From NCBI GenBank assembly GCA_963733195.1, contig CAVTCR010000025.1:1-59231 (forward strand): a stretch of DNA of 59,231 bases, read 5' to 3'. A program made the translations under genes and the position numbers. Each line of letters starts with the position of its first letter. Position 1 is the stretch's first letter. The notes beneath the pieces were generated by a model that searched no databases, had not been told where the DNA came from, and worked only from the letters and a program-made list of their open reading frames with translations. This document shows positions 9,887 to 19,697 of this stretch, piece by piece. Source of the stretch: an uncultured delta proteobacterium. GTDB lineage: Bacteria; Desulfobacterota; Binatia; Bin18.

Positions 9887-10273
9887 ATGCAAACATCTCG
9901 AGAACAATTACTGGACCTCACCAATCGTTTCATGGATGCCTTCAACCGCAACGACCTCGACACCGTCATGTCGTTTTTCTCCGAGGATGCGGTCTACGAC
10001 GAGTTTAACGGTAAACACAACCACGGCATCCCAGCGATTCGTGCCGCCTTCACCCCACAGTTCACCGGCGCGTTTGGCACGATGAAGTTTCTTGATGAAG
10101 ATCTGTTTATTGATGCCGACACCGGTAAGGTCATGGCCAGTTGGCGCTGCACACTGTCAGTGAAAGGTCAGCCAACCTCCTGGCGCGGACTTGATCTCTT
10201 GCATTTCAAAGGCAACAAACTGATCCGCAAAATCACCTACGCCAAAGCCAAAGCGCCGTTGTTTGAGAAATAG
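9887..10273 (+). CDS. Nuclear transport factor 2 / SnoaL-like protein
   Basis: RFMDAFNRNDLDTVMSFFSEDAVY, GLDLLHF; GGAGG RBS. Confidence 0.9.
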   Translation: MQTSREQLLDLTNRFMDAFNRNDLDTVMSFFSEDAVYDEFNGKHNHGIPAIRAAFTPQFTGAFGTMKFLDEDLFIDADTGKVMASWRCTLSVKGQPTSWRGLDLLHFKGNKLIRKITYAKAKAPLFEK

Positions 10274-10297
10274 GGAGAACTTTTTTACGACCATAAC

Positions 10298-10343
10298 AAA
10301 CAGACACGGAGGACCTGCATTGCGACAGATCCTCCGTCTGTTT
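10298..10343. terminator. Hairpin between convergent genes (probable terminator)
   Basis: aaacagacacggagga...tcctccgtctgttt. Confidence 0.55.
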
Positions 10344-10379
10344 CGCGCTCACGTAAGAAGGAAGGACTAGAGCAGCGTA

Positions 10380-11711
10380 TTACTGCAGCACCGCCTTGGT
10401 TGCGGTTGTCGGAAAGTTGGTGAAGACTCCACCTTTGACCGGCGGTTCCCCACTTGGTCTCTGGGTGCGGGTAATAATAAAGACAACGTCACCACTTTGT
10501 ATGACAAGCGGCGTCACACAAACAGTTTCGTTCGGGTTAAAGGTAATCGTCTTGTTGAGATCCGGAAAGGCATCAACTACACGGTCAGCGATCCCACCTT
10601 CCGCCAGGTTGGCCAGTCCCAGGGTAGCAAGTTCTGTATACCAGTCTAAGTCTGCATTTGCTTGAACATTCTCTGTCGTGATGTGCAACTCTAGTGGGGT
10701 TTGGCCATCTGAGCACGCCCCAGCAAACCGTAAATCAAAGGAGAGATCCACTTCGGCATCGAAGCCTGGAACATCGGCACTGAGATCAACGGTCACATGG
10801 ACACGCTGGTCATCTTTTCCAGTTACTTCGACGTACCGGTCGCCATCAAGGTCGCCCCAATAGGCGTCTGTACCGTGGAGCGCGTCTCCGACAATCCCTT
10901 CAATCCGGCTTTCCAGCTCAGCGCGAGGAAGCCCAAGCGGCGGAGGTGGCTGTTGGAAACCTTGCCACAGAGGATGGGCGCGCAGCATCGACCGGGTAAC
11001 GGAATAGTGGTACAGATCACTCCCTCCCTGATCAAGCCAGCGGCAGGTTGATGCAGTCGAGCCAAACTGTTCGTTGTAGATTTCGCGGCCATTGATCAAG
11101 AGAGCAAAATCTTCGATACACCACCCATCGCTTCCAGGTTTGATGATATAGATCTCATTAATGTCACTAAGATCATTGAGACCATCGGTGAGAAGGTCAT
11201 AGGTGAATTCATTACCGCGCTCAAAGTCGTTGTGACTATAATTGAGGTAGGTCGCATGGTACGCCTTGAGGTAGACATGCACATCATCGTCTGTATTCGC
11301 GTCAGGGACATTGGCAGTGCGTAAGCGCAGCTGTACACGCCAGATACCACGCCCATCAATCGTGGCGAGGCTTTGCGGCACTGAGAACGATTCACCGTAA
11401 AAGTTATACGCCTCCACCCAGTAGTAGTACCGTGTATCTTGGGGCAATCCGGCGTCGGTATACTGCATGGTTCCAGTGTTACCCTTGATGGCCCCAAAAG
11501 CAGCAATCTGCGTCCATGGGCCATCATAGGCTGGCCCCCGATAGAGATTATAGCCTTGTTCATAGGAAGAATTGTCCTTCCAGTGCATCGTTATTGAGGT
11601 GTCAGTGCGTTCAACCAGATTTGGCTGCCCTGGGGTGCGCGGCTTGCTGTAGGGATCATCAGGTCCGAGGTCCGGTCCGCCACCCCCGCCACCTCCGCCT
11701 CCGATGAGCAC
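10380..11711 (-). CDS. Fibronectin type III + PLAT/LH2 domain protein, copy 1 (probably secreted; true 5' end disrupted, extends upstream)
   Basis: SITMHWKDNS..GY.LYR..YTDAGL..TRYYYWV (FN3); LRTANVPDANTDD..NDFERG..DGWCIE (PLAT); in-frame FTVATASVAFGAKP upstream resembles a signal peptide end. Confidence 0.85.
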   Translation of the reverse strand: MLIGGGGGGGGGPDLGPDDPYSKPRTPGQPNLVERTDTSITMHWKDNSSYEQGYNLYRGPAYDGPWTQIAAFGAIKGNTGTMQYTDAGLPQDTRYYYWVEAYNFYGESFSVPQSLATIDGRGIWRVQLRLRTANVPDANTDDDVHVYLKAYHATYLNYSHNDFERGNEFTYDLLTDGLNDLSDINEIYIIKPGSDGWCIEDFALLINGREIYNEQFGSTASTCRWLDQGGSDLYHYSVTRSMLRAHPLWQGFQQPPPPLGLPRAELESRIEGIVGDALHGTDAYWGDLDGDRYVEVTGKDDQRVHVTVDLSADVPGFDAEVDLSFDLRFAGACSDGQTPLELHITTENVQANADLDWYTELATLGLANLAEGGIADRVVDAFPDLNKTITFNPNETVCVTPLVIQSGDVVFIITRTQRPSGEPPVKGGVFTNFPTTATKAVLQ

Positions 11712-11822
11712 TCCCGTCTGGGAAACATTGCTATTGAGTAGCGGTTTTGCTCCAAATGCTACTGATGCTGTTGCTACAGTAAAGAAAAGGCGGAGTGGGC
11801 AAGTTTCTGTATAAAGCTATCG

Positions 11823-11897
11823 TTACGCTCGTTCGTTAGTGTTCGTGCAGGGTAAGCGGATTCTTACTCCCATTCGTGATTTTTCTGCTGTGTCCAT
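11823..11897 (-). CDS. Putative micro-ORF, RIRLPC family copy 1 (24 aa as read, may be frameshifted)
   Basis: GGGGAG RBS; MDTAEKSRMGVRIRLPCTNTNERA*; RIRLPC at residues 12-17 as in 19113-19241. Confidence 0.5.
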   Translation of the reverse strand: MDTAEKSRMGVRIRLPCTNTNERA

Positions 11898-11920
11898 TCT
11901 TCTCCCCGTCATCTTTTTCC

Positions 11921-11957
11921 CTTAAGGCGTGACATGGGTGTGCCACACGACGGCACA
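11921..11957 (-). promoter_or_regulatory. Conserved 37-bp operator/promoter motif, copy 1
   Basis: CTTAAGGCGTGACA-N4-TGTGCC-N7-GGCACA, fixed positions identical to 19270-19306. Confidence 0.75.
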
Positions 11958-12012
11958 GGCAAAAAAGAAATAGTGGAGAATGTAAACGTTGAAGGGAAAC
12001 CAGGGAGAAGCC

Positions 12013-12036
12013 AGGAGCGGCTCATGAACCGCTCCT
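12013..12036 (-). terminator. Hairpin downstream of beta-helix gene
   Basis: aggagcggctcatgaaccgctcct. Confidence 0.5.
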
Positions 12037-12051
12037 AAGACGAGAGTAAAA

Positions 12052-13898
12052 TCAGCGGCTCAGAGACGTACTCGTGAACACACCGCCAAGCGGAACATGG
12101 TTTACTGGAAATGGAAATCTTTGGGGCTTGCCTCCAGGGTAAATGATTCCGTCGGCTAACACATCACAGCGATTGTCACCATCAAAGTGACCCAGAGTCA
12201 CTTCGGCGCGACGCTTCGTCGAAGTATTCAGGAACACCCAGGGCCGATCGCCACCGCTGGAAAACCACCAAGTTGCGCCGGTCGCCATAAAGGTGTCGTT
12301 CAAGCCGTCACCGTCGAAATCACAGACACCCAGATCCGCACTGGCATCGACGCCAAGCACGTTGCCGGGTTCCGCATACGCCCCGATGTGTTCGGTCGCC
12401 ACCACGGCATCCTCCCAACTGTCATGGGCAAAGACGTTGGCGCCGATATACATCCCGTCCTCGGGTATGCCGCGCAGCTTGATCGCGTTCCCGGCGGTAT
12501 ACAGGAACGTGTTGTGGCGGATGTACATCGAATGCCCGGCGTCGCCGCAGTTCAAGTGCCCGGGAAAGCACGTCTCCGTCCCGTGTACATCGAACTGATG
12601 CGTGTAATGATCGTATATGAGGGGGCAATTCCCACTAGGCAGAGAGCCTTCGCAGGGGACCGGGCAGCCGGAGATAGAAGCACGACCCAAGTCCGGCAAG
12701 TCGCAGGCATTGTACGTGTCATGGTACCCACCGTTTTTGAGCACCAGGTTACGGTACGCCGCGTAGCCGGTTCCGAGGTCTCCGCCGCCTTTTATGGCAT
12801 GTCTGTTCCAATCGAACACGTTGCGCTCGATCAACGCGTAGGCCCCGACATTTATGGACACGCCGTACCCCTCTCTGCCCGCACGCTGGTTGTGGTGGAT
12901 GTAGTTATCGTGGATGCGCACCGCGGTAGGGTTCTCCGAGGGAAGCATCCGACCACCAGCGGGACACCACTCCTTCCCATCGCAGTCGTTCACGCGAACT
13001 GCCGCTTCACTCCAGCCATAGATCTCGTTGTAACCGATCTCGATGTTGACGAAACTATCAACCAGGATTCCGACCCCTTTGTTGGGCTCTTCATCTTCTG
13101 GCACTACCCTGGAGTGATCAGGCCCTTCGATACGTACACCGGTGATGCGCACGTTATCCCCGTTGATAGCAAACAACACATCCGGGCGAATTGTGGTGAA
13201 AAGCCGGGGGCCTGGCTGCCGGGGTGTCCGTCCACCCTCCAAAATGACTCCTCCTGCGACAGGAATAGATTCCCAACCGCTCAAATCCAACTCGACATGG
13301 TTCTCGATACGAATGTATTTATTTCCTTCTCTCAGCGCCTGTAAGAGCAGAGGCTCCATAAAGTTCGCATTGATGGAGATTATTGTCGGCGGCTCGGGCA
13401 GATCAACTTTGATGCTGGTGGTGGCCAGGGTGCGCCTCCCGCCTCCTAACACGGCGGGTAAGGTGGCGTGGAGCTTAGCACCGGTGTCGGCGATGGGTTG
13501 AATGGTGCGGCTGCCGGTGGCGGACACGACCTGGTTATCGACATACAGCTTGACCCCGACACCGGTACAGCTGCTGGGGACGATAACGTTCCAACGCAAT
13601 GTCCCGGTATCCTAAAGACGATGGGCTGGGGTGTGGCGGAGATACTGCCTTGTAAGTCGCCAAGACAGTCGAGCGCCTTCTCCTGCTGGGGAGGGGGGCT
13701 TGCCGGGAGTGCGCTGGCAGGCGAGGCTGGCAGCCCAAGGCTAAGCAGCATGAAGCTAACCATGCCGATGTTAACCAACTTGGCAAACTGACGAAGGTTA
13801 TTTCGGCCAGCTGCTTTCTTTACAGCCACTACAGGAAACGCCAAGGAGGCGGTCGCGGGGATTATTGTGGTTATGGTCTCATCAAGCTTCGTGCTCAC
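12052..13898 (-). CDS. Secreted right-handed beta-helix (pectin-lyase-like) protein with C-terminal FG-GAP/VCBS-like repeats; frameshift near 13600
   Basis: AAGGAG RBS, GTG start; NVRITGVRIEG, VRIHDNYIHHN, LIERNVFDWNRHAI; DFDGDGLND and HFDGDNRCD; ORFs 13446-13898 + 12052-13599. Confidence 0.82.
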
Positions 13899-14324
13899 AA
13901 ACTATCTCCTTCTTTCTGTTGTGATAACTCTTTGCAGTAGATGGCAAAAAGCAGGAAAACACTGCCTCGAAGTTTTGCGCTCGCTATCTGTTCGCTCACC
14001 ATGAGACAAAATCACTATGGAGGATACTGTTTGTTCGCAGGGTTGGGCGGCGCCAAGCTCGTGGGCCCGCACGAAGGCAGGGCTCCGCAACGTAGGCAGG
14101 TACGCGAGTACTTCCGCACGTAAGGGAAGCACTCGCAGTGATGCGTAGTTGAGCGCTGTGGACCTATCTCGGTGAGAATCAAAACCTTGCAATCTGAGTT
14201 TTTCAACGACCAATATCGTCGCTACGTCTACGCCTTTCTTCGAAGCAATCTCCAGAGAAAACACTTCTTGTTGCTGTCATCGTGGTCTCTTGCGGTTGCG
14301 GTACATGTGTTGAAATGCACCCGG

Positions 14325-15620
14325 TCACTGACAGGGCGCGGCAGCTCCGCCGCATGCGGCGATCACGGCAGTATCGGTCGCATTGCTCCAGGAGATCGGG
14401 ATGTACCCACGGTTCTTGTAGTTCAGAATGACTTGAAGGGACTCGTCTTCCTGCAGGCTTTGACCATGGATGAAGGCCACATACAGCTCTCGCGGAACGA
14501 CGTTGCGCACATCCGGAATCGATGTGGAGTCGTAGCCCAGTTTTTCGAGGTGCCTTTGAGCCGCAACAAACGGCATCCGCGTGATCGCATTCAGATTCCA
14601 CTTGGGCTTGTATGGAGATCCATCATGCGGGATGGCTTCGCCAACGAACCTGATCCGTCCCCGATAACTTCCGTGGGTAAACGTCGCGTTCGTCGCAAAC
14701 CAGAGCACCGACGGATCCGCACACGTGGGCCAGGTCGACGGACAACCTTTGGCGGAGGCATCGAGCCACACTTCATCCGCAACGGCCGTGGCCGGGGCTG
14801 GAACTGGCGTCGGGAACGGTGTCTTGCCAGCCCAGGGGTAGATATTCTGACGCGACACCGTCATCGACCACAGATCGAACGGGTCAGGGATCGTGTGCGG
14901 CGACGTGGTCGGGGGGTACGGCGGCTGTGGATACTGTCCAGAGAGCATACAGGGATCGTGAATCTTGTATCCCATGTAGACCCCAAGCTTTACCTCAGGA
15001 TGGACATTGAGCCAGTGTCGCAGATAGCCGCCCTGCAAGATCGTCCACATCGCACGATCCTTGGTGAGGAGGGGATTGGATGCCTTAGAAAGAGTCCAGT
15101 ATTGCGCTGAGGGTACCGAATCGCCCTCGTACATGCCAGCGGGACGATTGATGAGGATGCGTCGCCAACCATCGTCATAAAGATCGTCGAGGATCGACTC
15201 GAGCTTATCCCAGACGTCGGGACGTTTGTTGCGCCACTCGTGGTGATACTCCCGTGCAGGAACACCGCCGGGACAATGGTTATCGATCACCATGGGTACG
15301 CAGCCATCATCCTCGACATTCGCCGGATCAGAACACGGCGAGTTGGACCATGTGGTCTCGTCCACAGCCCATGCCGCGGCGCCGTAGGGATTGCAATCAT
15401 ACAGGTTACCACCTCCGAACAGGTTCACGACTCGGACAGGGCGAGTGTCGGGAACGAGGTCTGATGGCGGCAGGGTCGGCAGCGAGGTGAATACATGCGC
15501 AGAGCCGAGTGGCGTGCAAGCCGTCGGCGACACCGCCTGTGCAACGTTGTCGATCTGGGGATTGGACGAGTACGCCAATATCAACAACGCCAATAGCCAT
15601 TGCTTCTGATGCCAGATCAT
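14325..15620 (-). CDS. Secreted hypothetical protein (Cys/Pro-rich N-region, possible TIM-barrel-like core)
   Basis: GGAGG RBS, signal peptide MIWHQKQWLLALLILAY, 431-aa ORF; no family recognised. Confidence 0.7.
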   Translation of the reverse strand: MIWHQKQWLLALLILAYSSNPQIDNVAQAVSPTACTPLGSAHVFTSLPTLPPSDLVPDTRPVRVVNLFGGGNLYDCNPYGAAAWAVDETTWSNSPCSDPANVEDDGCVPMVIDNHCPGGVPAREYHHEWRNKRPDVWDKLESILDDLYDDGWRRILINRPAGMYEGDSVPSAQYWTLSKASNPLLTKDRAMWTILQGGYLRHWLNVHPEVKLGVYMGYKIHDPCMLSGQYPQPPYPPTTSPHTIPDPFDLWSMTVSRQNIYPWAGKTPFPTPVPAPATAVADEVWLDASAKGCPSTWPTCADPSVLWFATNATFTHGSYRGRIRFVGEAIPHDGSPYKPKWNLNAITRMPFVAAQRHLEKLGYDSTSIPDVRNVVPRELYVAFIHGQSLQEDESLQVILNYKNRGYIPISWSNATDTAVIAACGGAAAPCQ

Positions 15621-15959
15621 GAGTTCCTCCTTCAGGGGATGCGACTTTCGAATACCGCGAAAATCGGATCGCTGTTTTCATTAACTGACGACGAGTCCCA
15701 TGCTTCAAGCGTAGTAGGAGAGTTGTACAAAGTAACGACAACCCGACAGAGCGAACCATATGAGCCTGCGATAGCTTGCGATTTCATAGGTCAACCAAAG
15801 CCTTCTTCTTCCTCTCTATGCTGCCCAACACGTGCACCTCGCGCAGGTACTCGGCAATTCTTTGCGGTTTATCGTGCTGGTAGTCATGAGCACACGGGCT
15901 GGTATCCTCGGGGAGCCGTGTGCCTCACTCCTGTCTGAGCACGGGACCTGCGCAGCGTA

Positions 15960-17417
15960 TTACTGCAGCACCGCCTCGGTCGCGGTTTTCGGGAAGGTTG
16001 GTATCGACTCCACCTTTGACTGGCGGGTTTTCCGTTTGGCTTCTGGGTGCGGGTAACAGTAAAGACCACATCGCCACTCTGTATCACGACCGGCGTCACA
16101 CAAACGGTTTCGTCTGTGTTAATAGTGATCGTCTTGTCGAGGTCTGGAAAGGCGTCAACTACACGGTCAGCGATCCCGCCTTCTGCCAAGTTGGCCAGTC
16201 CTAGAGTAAGCAGTTCTGTGTACCAGTCCAAGTCTGCGCCGGCGCTGACGTTCTCCGTCGTAATGTGCAGTTCCAGCGGAGTTTGTCCATCTGAGCATGC
16301 CCCGGTAAACTTCAGATCAAAGGAGAGGTCTACTTCTGCATCCCACCCAGGCACATCAGCACTGAGATCGACAGTGACATGAACGCGCTGGTCATCTTTT
16401 CCTGTCACTTCGACGTAACGGTCGCCATCGAGGTCTCCCCAGTACGCGTCTGTGCCATGGAGCGCATCACCGACAATCCCTTCAATCCGGCTTTCCAGCT
16501 CAGCACGAGGAAGGCCCAATGGAGGAGGAGCCTGCTGGAAGCCTTGCCACAGAGGATGGGCGCGCAGCGTCGAGCGAGGTGATAAAATAGTGGTACAGAT
16601 TGTCCCCACCCTGATCAAGCCAGTGGCAGGTTGATGCAGTCGAGCCAAACTGTTCGTTGTAGATTTCGCGGCCATTGATCAAGAGAGCAAGATCTTCGAT
16701 ACACCACCCGTCGCTTCCAGGTTTGATGATATAGATCTCGTTAATGTCACTCAGATCACTGAGACCGTCGGTGAGCAGGTCATAGGTGAATTCATTACCG
16801 CGTTCAAAGTCGTTGTGACTGTAATTGAGGTAGGTCGCGTGAGGCTCCTTAAGATAGACATATACGTCGTCGTCCGTGTTCGCGTCGGGGACATTCGCAG
16901 TGCGTAAGCGAAGCTGCACGCGCCAGATATCACGGCCATCGATCGTGGCCATGGTTTGCGGCACAGAGAACGATTCACCGTAGAAGTTATACGCTCCTAC
17001 TCGGTAATAGTATCCGGTATCTCGGGGCAGGCCTGCGTCGGTATATTGCATGGTTGCAGTGTTACCGGGCGTAGCACCAAAGACAGCAATCGGCGTCCAT
17101 GGACCGTCGTAGCTAGGGCCTCGGTAGAGGTTATATCCTTGTTCGTAGGAAGAATTGTCCGTCCAGTGCATCGTTATTGAGGTGTCGGTACGTTGAACAA
17201 GATTTGGTTGGCCTGGGATGCGCGGTTTGCTGAAAGGATCATCAGGCCCGAGGTCCGGTCCGCCACCACCACCGCCGCCCGTGTATATCTCACCACTAGG
17301 TAGCGTCGTCCCCGGTATTCTCGCTCTGCCGAACGCCGCGGTCGTAGCCAGAGTAATTGCCAACGACGCGACGGCAAGAATCGTTGTGACTTTTGTCACA
17401 TACAGTTTCGTATTCAC
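15960..17417 (-). CDS. Secreted FN3 + PLAT/LH2 domain protein, copy 2; frameshifts near 16575 and 16030
   Basis: Closely similar to 10380-11711 along its length; AAGGAG RBS, GTG 17417, signal peptide MNTKLYVTKVTTILAVASLA; same ...AVLQ* ending. Confidence 0.85.
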
Positions 17418-17576
17418 AAAATGTCTCCTTCTTCCATTTGAATGTTGTAGGCAATGAAAACCCGAGTGAAAGGCTGGGGCGGGCGTAGCATCGAACATGT
17501 TTCACCCGCCCGTTTTTCCTTCTGGCTTAGTAGCACGTGACTAACCCCGAATCGCAGATATTCAGAGGACACATCG

Positions 17577-17846
17577 TCAGTCTGCCATCAAAGTAACAGG
17601 CCATCTCGATTGGGCCGGGGCTATGGCAAGAAGTAAATGAGGCAACTGCGTACCGGGTCCGTCTTCCTTGAGGGAGACACCGCCATTACAACCACGGTAC
17701 TCATAGCCCACCTCGTTGGTCATCGTCGCGTCGCTGAAGTACACAGTTTCCTTTTCATTGGCAGGGAGGGCAAACGACTGAACTGCAGTGATCCCGATTA
17801 GTGCCATAGCAATTCCGAACATCCGTAAATTTTTCGTGAGTTTCAT
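17577..17846 (-). CDS. Small secreted protein, DUF6289-like; C-terminus probably frameshifted
   Basis: Signal peptide; ETVYFSDATMTNEVGYEYRGCNG. Confidence 0.7.
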   Translation of the reverse strand: MKLTKNLRMFGIAMALIGITAVQSFALPANEKETVYFSDATMTNEVGYEYRGCNGGVSLKEDGPGTQLPHLLLAIAPAQSRWPVTLMAD

Positions 17847-17963
17847 GATCTTTCTCGCTTTCTTTGGTTATTCCCGACGCATTGCCGAAGCAGAGAGCCG
17901 GTACGTGGTTTCTTCTCGATTGATGAGCCACGGATAACTTACGAAACTCTTCGCACTGGAGGC

Positions 17964-19091
17964 TTACGGTCCGACTGGGCAGTACGTGTAGGTTACGTAG
18001 GTACTCTGAGAGACTTTCATCTGCATGCGGGAAGGAATGTACGACTTTCCCACGGACAGGTTTTTGGTGTTGACGCCATCGAGTGTTTGTTTCTGAGTGT
18101 CCCAGCCAAACCAGCCAACGCCGCGCCGCACTTTGATCTGTGCGCCGGCAGGCAGGCGAAAGAGGGCTCCGGCTTCGGCGTTCCACAACGTTTCGAGGGT
18201 ACGCCAACTTCCTGATTGCACGTACTTGCTCCGCTCAACGCACGCCCCACCAATAAACGTACTGTTTGTAACGCTACTCCCTCTCGTGTTCACGGGATCA
18301 AGTAAACCGGGCACAGGTAAGATCGTCACAAGCGAACTGTCAGCTCCAGAGAAGACCAAGACCTGGCCTTGGGATGAATCAACGATGGCAAGATCAGCAA
18401 CGCCATCCTTGTTGAGATCTCCCACCACCGCATCACCGGCAACACGCCCCATCTCTGGGAGAGTGGTCGTCAAGGGTCTTCGTTGCGGGTGTCCGCACTC
18501 TCCGCAGATTTCCAGCTTCGTACCATCCAGTCCCGAGAAGAACGAAAACTTTCCGTCAGCGGAGTCCTTTACTACAAGGTCAGCCACCGCATCGCCGTTG
18601 CGATCTTCGATTCCGGTAAACCACCGTCCAAAGAGTGATAAGGGATCCGGATTCTCGCTCTTCAAGGTCGCAAGCACGCCGTCCCCTGCGCCCGAAAGAA
18701 CGACAATCTGCCCATGGGCGGGATCTCCAACAGCGATATCGGCCACAGCATCAGCGTTGATGTCACCGAGCCCTACCAGAGGATGGTCAAGATCTGCTTC
18801 CTGTAGGTCGGCAGTGGCATGCGTCGCTTGGGGATGACAGTTGGCTCCGCTCTCATCACAGTAATAGACGTCACACCGGACTGTGCCGTTCTGTGGGTTG
18901 GTTTCGCATTTTTCACACCTCGTGGCCGGTTTGATGTTGGGAAGGCCACCCACCGGAGCACAGTTGAACCCATTGGTCTCAAGATCATTTTTGGATGCTG
19001 CCTGCACAGAAGCCGCCCACCCGAGAACGGCTATCAGAAGAAGAATCAGAAGATATATCCGTTTCATTTGTACAGTTTTTATGAGTTTCAT
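17964..19091 (-). CDS. Secreted protein with Cys-rich N-domain, FG-GAP (integrin-alpha-like) repeats and unknown C-domain
   Basis: Signal peptide; GDINADAVADIAVG, DRNGDAVADL, GDLNKDGVADL. Confidence 0.85.
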   Translation of the reverse strand: MKLIKTVQMKRIYLLILLLIAVLGWAASVQAASKNDLETNGFNCAPVGGLPNIKPATRCEKCETNPQNGTVRCDVYYCDESGANCHPQATHATADLQEADLDHPLVGLGDINADAVADIAVGDPAHGQIVVLSGAGDGVLATLKSENPDPLSLFGRWFTGIEDRNGDAVADLVVKDSADGKFSFFSGLDGTKLEICGECGHPQRRPLTTTLPEMGRVAGDAVVGDLNKDGVADLAIVDSSQGQVLVFSGADSSLVTILPVPGLLDPVNTRGSSVTNSTFIGGACVERSKYVQSGSWRTLETLWNAEAGALFRLPAGAQIKVRRGVGWFGWDTQKQTLDGVNTKNLSVGKSYIPSRMQMKVSQSTYVTYTYCPVGP

Positions 19092-19112
19092 GATTTTTCT
19101 CTTTTTCTGTCG

Positions 19113-19241
19113 TTACTCCCGGAGCGCTTCGTGAGTCGCTACCCGGTACAGAGTTTTTCTTTGCATCGAAGCGGGCTTTCCTGGACTCACGCACGGCAAT
19201 CGTATGCGGATTTTTACCAGTAGGGGTTTCATCGTGTTCAT
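19113..19241 (-). CDS. Putative micro-ORF, RIRLPC family copy 2 (42 aa)
   Basis: GAGG RBS; MNTMKPLLVKIRIRLPCVSPGKPASMQRKTLYRVATHEALRE*; lies between the 37-bp motif and the first secreted gene. Confidence 0.6.
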   Translation of the reverse strand: MNTMKPLLVKIRIRLPCVSPGKPASMQRKTLYRVATHEALRE

Positions 19242-19269
19242 TCGCCTCACCTTCCACCTGCTTGTTACT

Positions 19270-19306
19270 CTTAAGGCGTGACACCGATGTGCCGCGGAAT
19301 GGCACA
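19270..19306 (-). promoter_or_regulatory. Conserved 37-bp operator/promoter motif, copy 2
   Basis: CTTAAGGCGTGACA-ccga-TGTGCC-gcggaat-GGCACA in the divergent region before the AAA regulator. Confidence 0.75.
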
Positions 19307-19697
19307 GCAAAGATTGCGGACAGACGAATGTGGATTGCGGAATACTGAGAGCGAAGGGTTATCAATCCGCTTTCTATAATCGTCAATCAGCAATTGGAGA
19401 GAGGAAGGTTGAGGATTTGAAGAGACCGATACCAGAATCTTAGAAGTGTCAACTGTTGCACTTCATGTGTCGCCTTTTGATAAGCGAAGCTCATGGTTCC
19501 TGCCGTCCCATAAGGACTTTTCGTCCTTTATGTACCTGGCATTGCCTTTGCTCCTTGAAGACGCAAGGGATCGACGTATCTAGGGGTAACTCCACTCTTC
19601 GGGCGGAGTCAGACGAACAGCAAGAAAAAACTGCGGAGGTTTGAGTTGGGCTATGCTCATAGCAAAGCGTAATCAACAGCACCCTCATAGCAAAGGC

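Noticed and set aside
11921-11957. Sigma-54 promoter (TGGCAC)
   Set aside because: No TTGC at the required -12 spacing in either copy
12187-13344. Long antisense ORFs (also 14172-15110, 18097-18837, 29793-30737)
   Set aside because: Shadows of real genes on the opposite strand; no recognisable motifs
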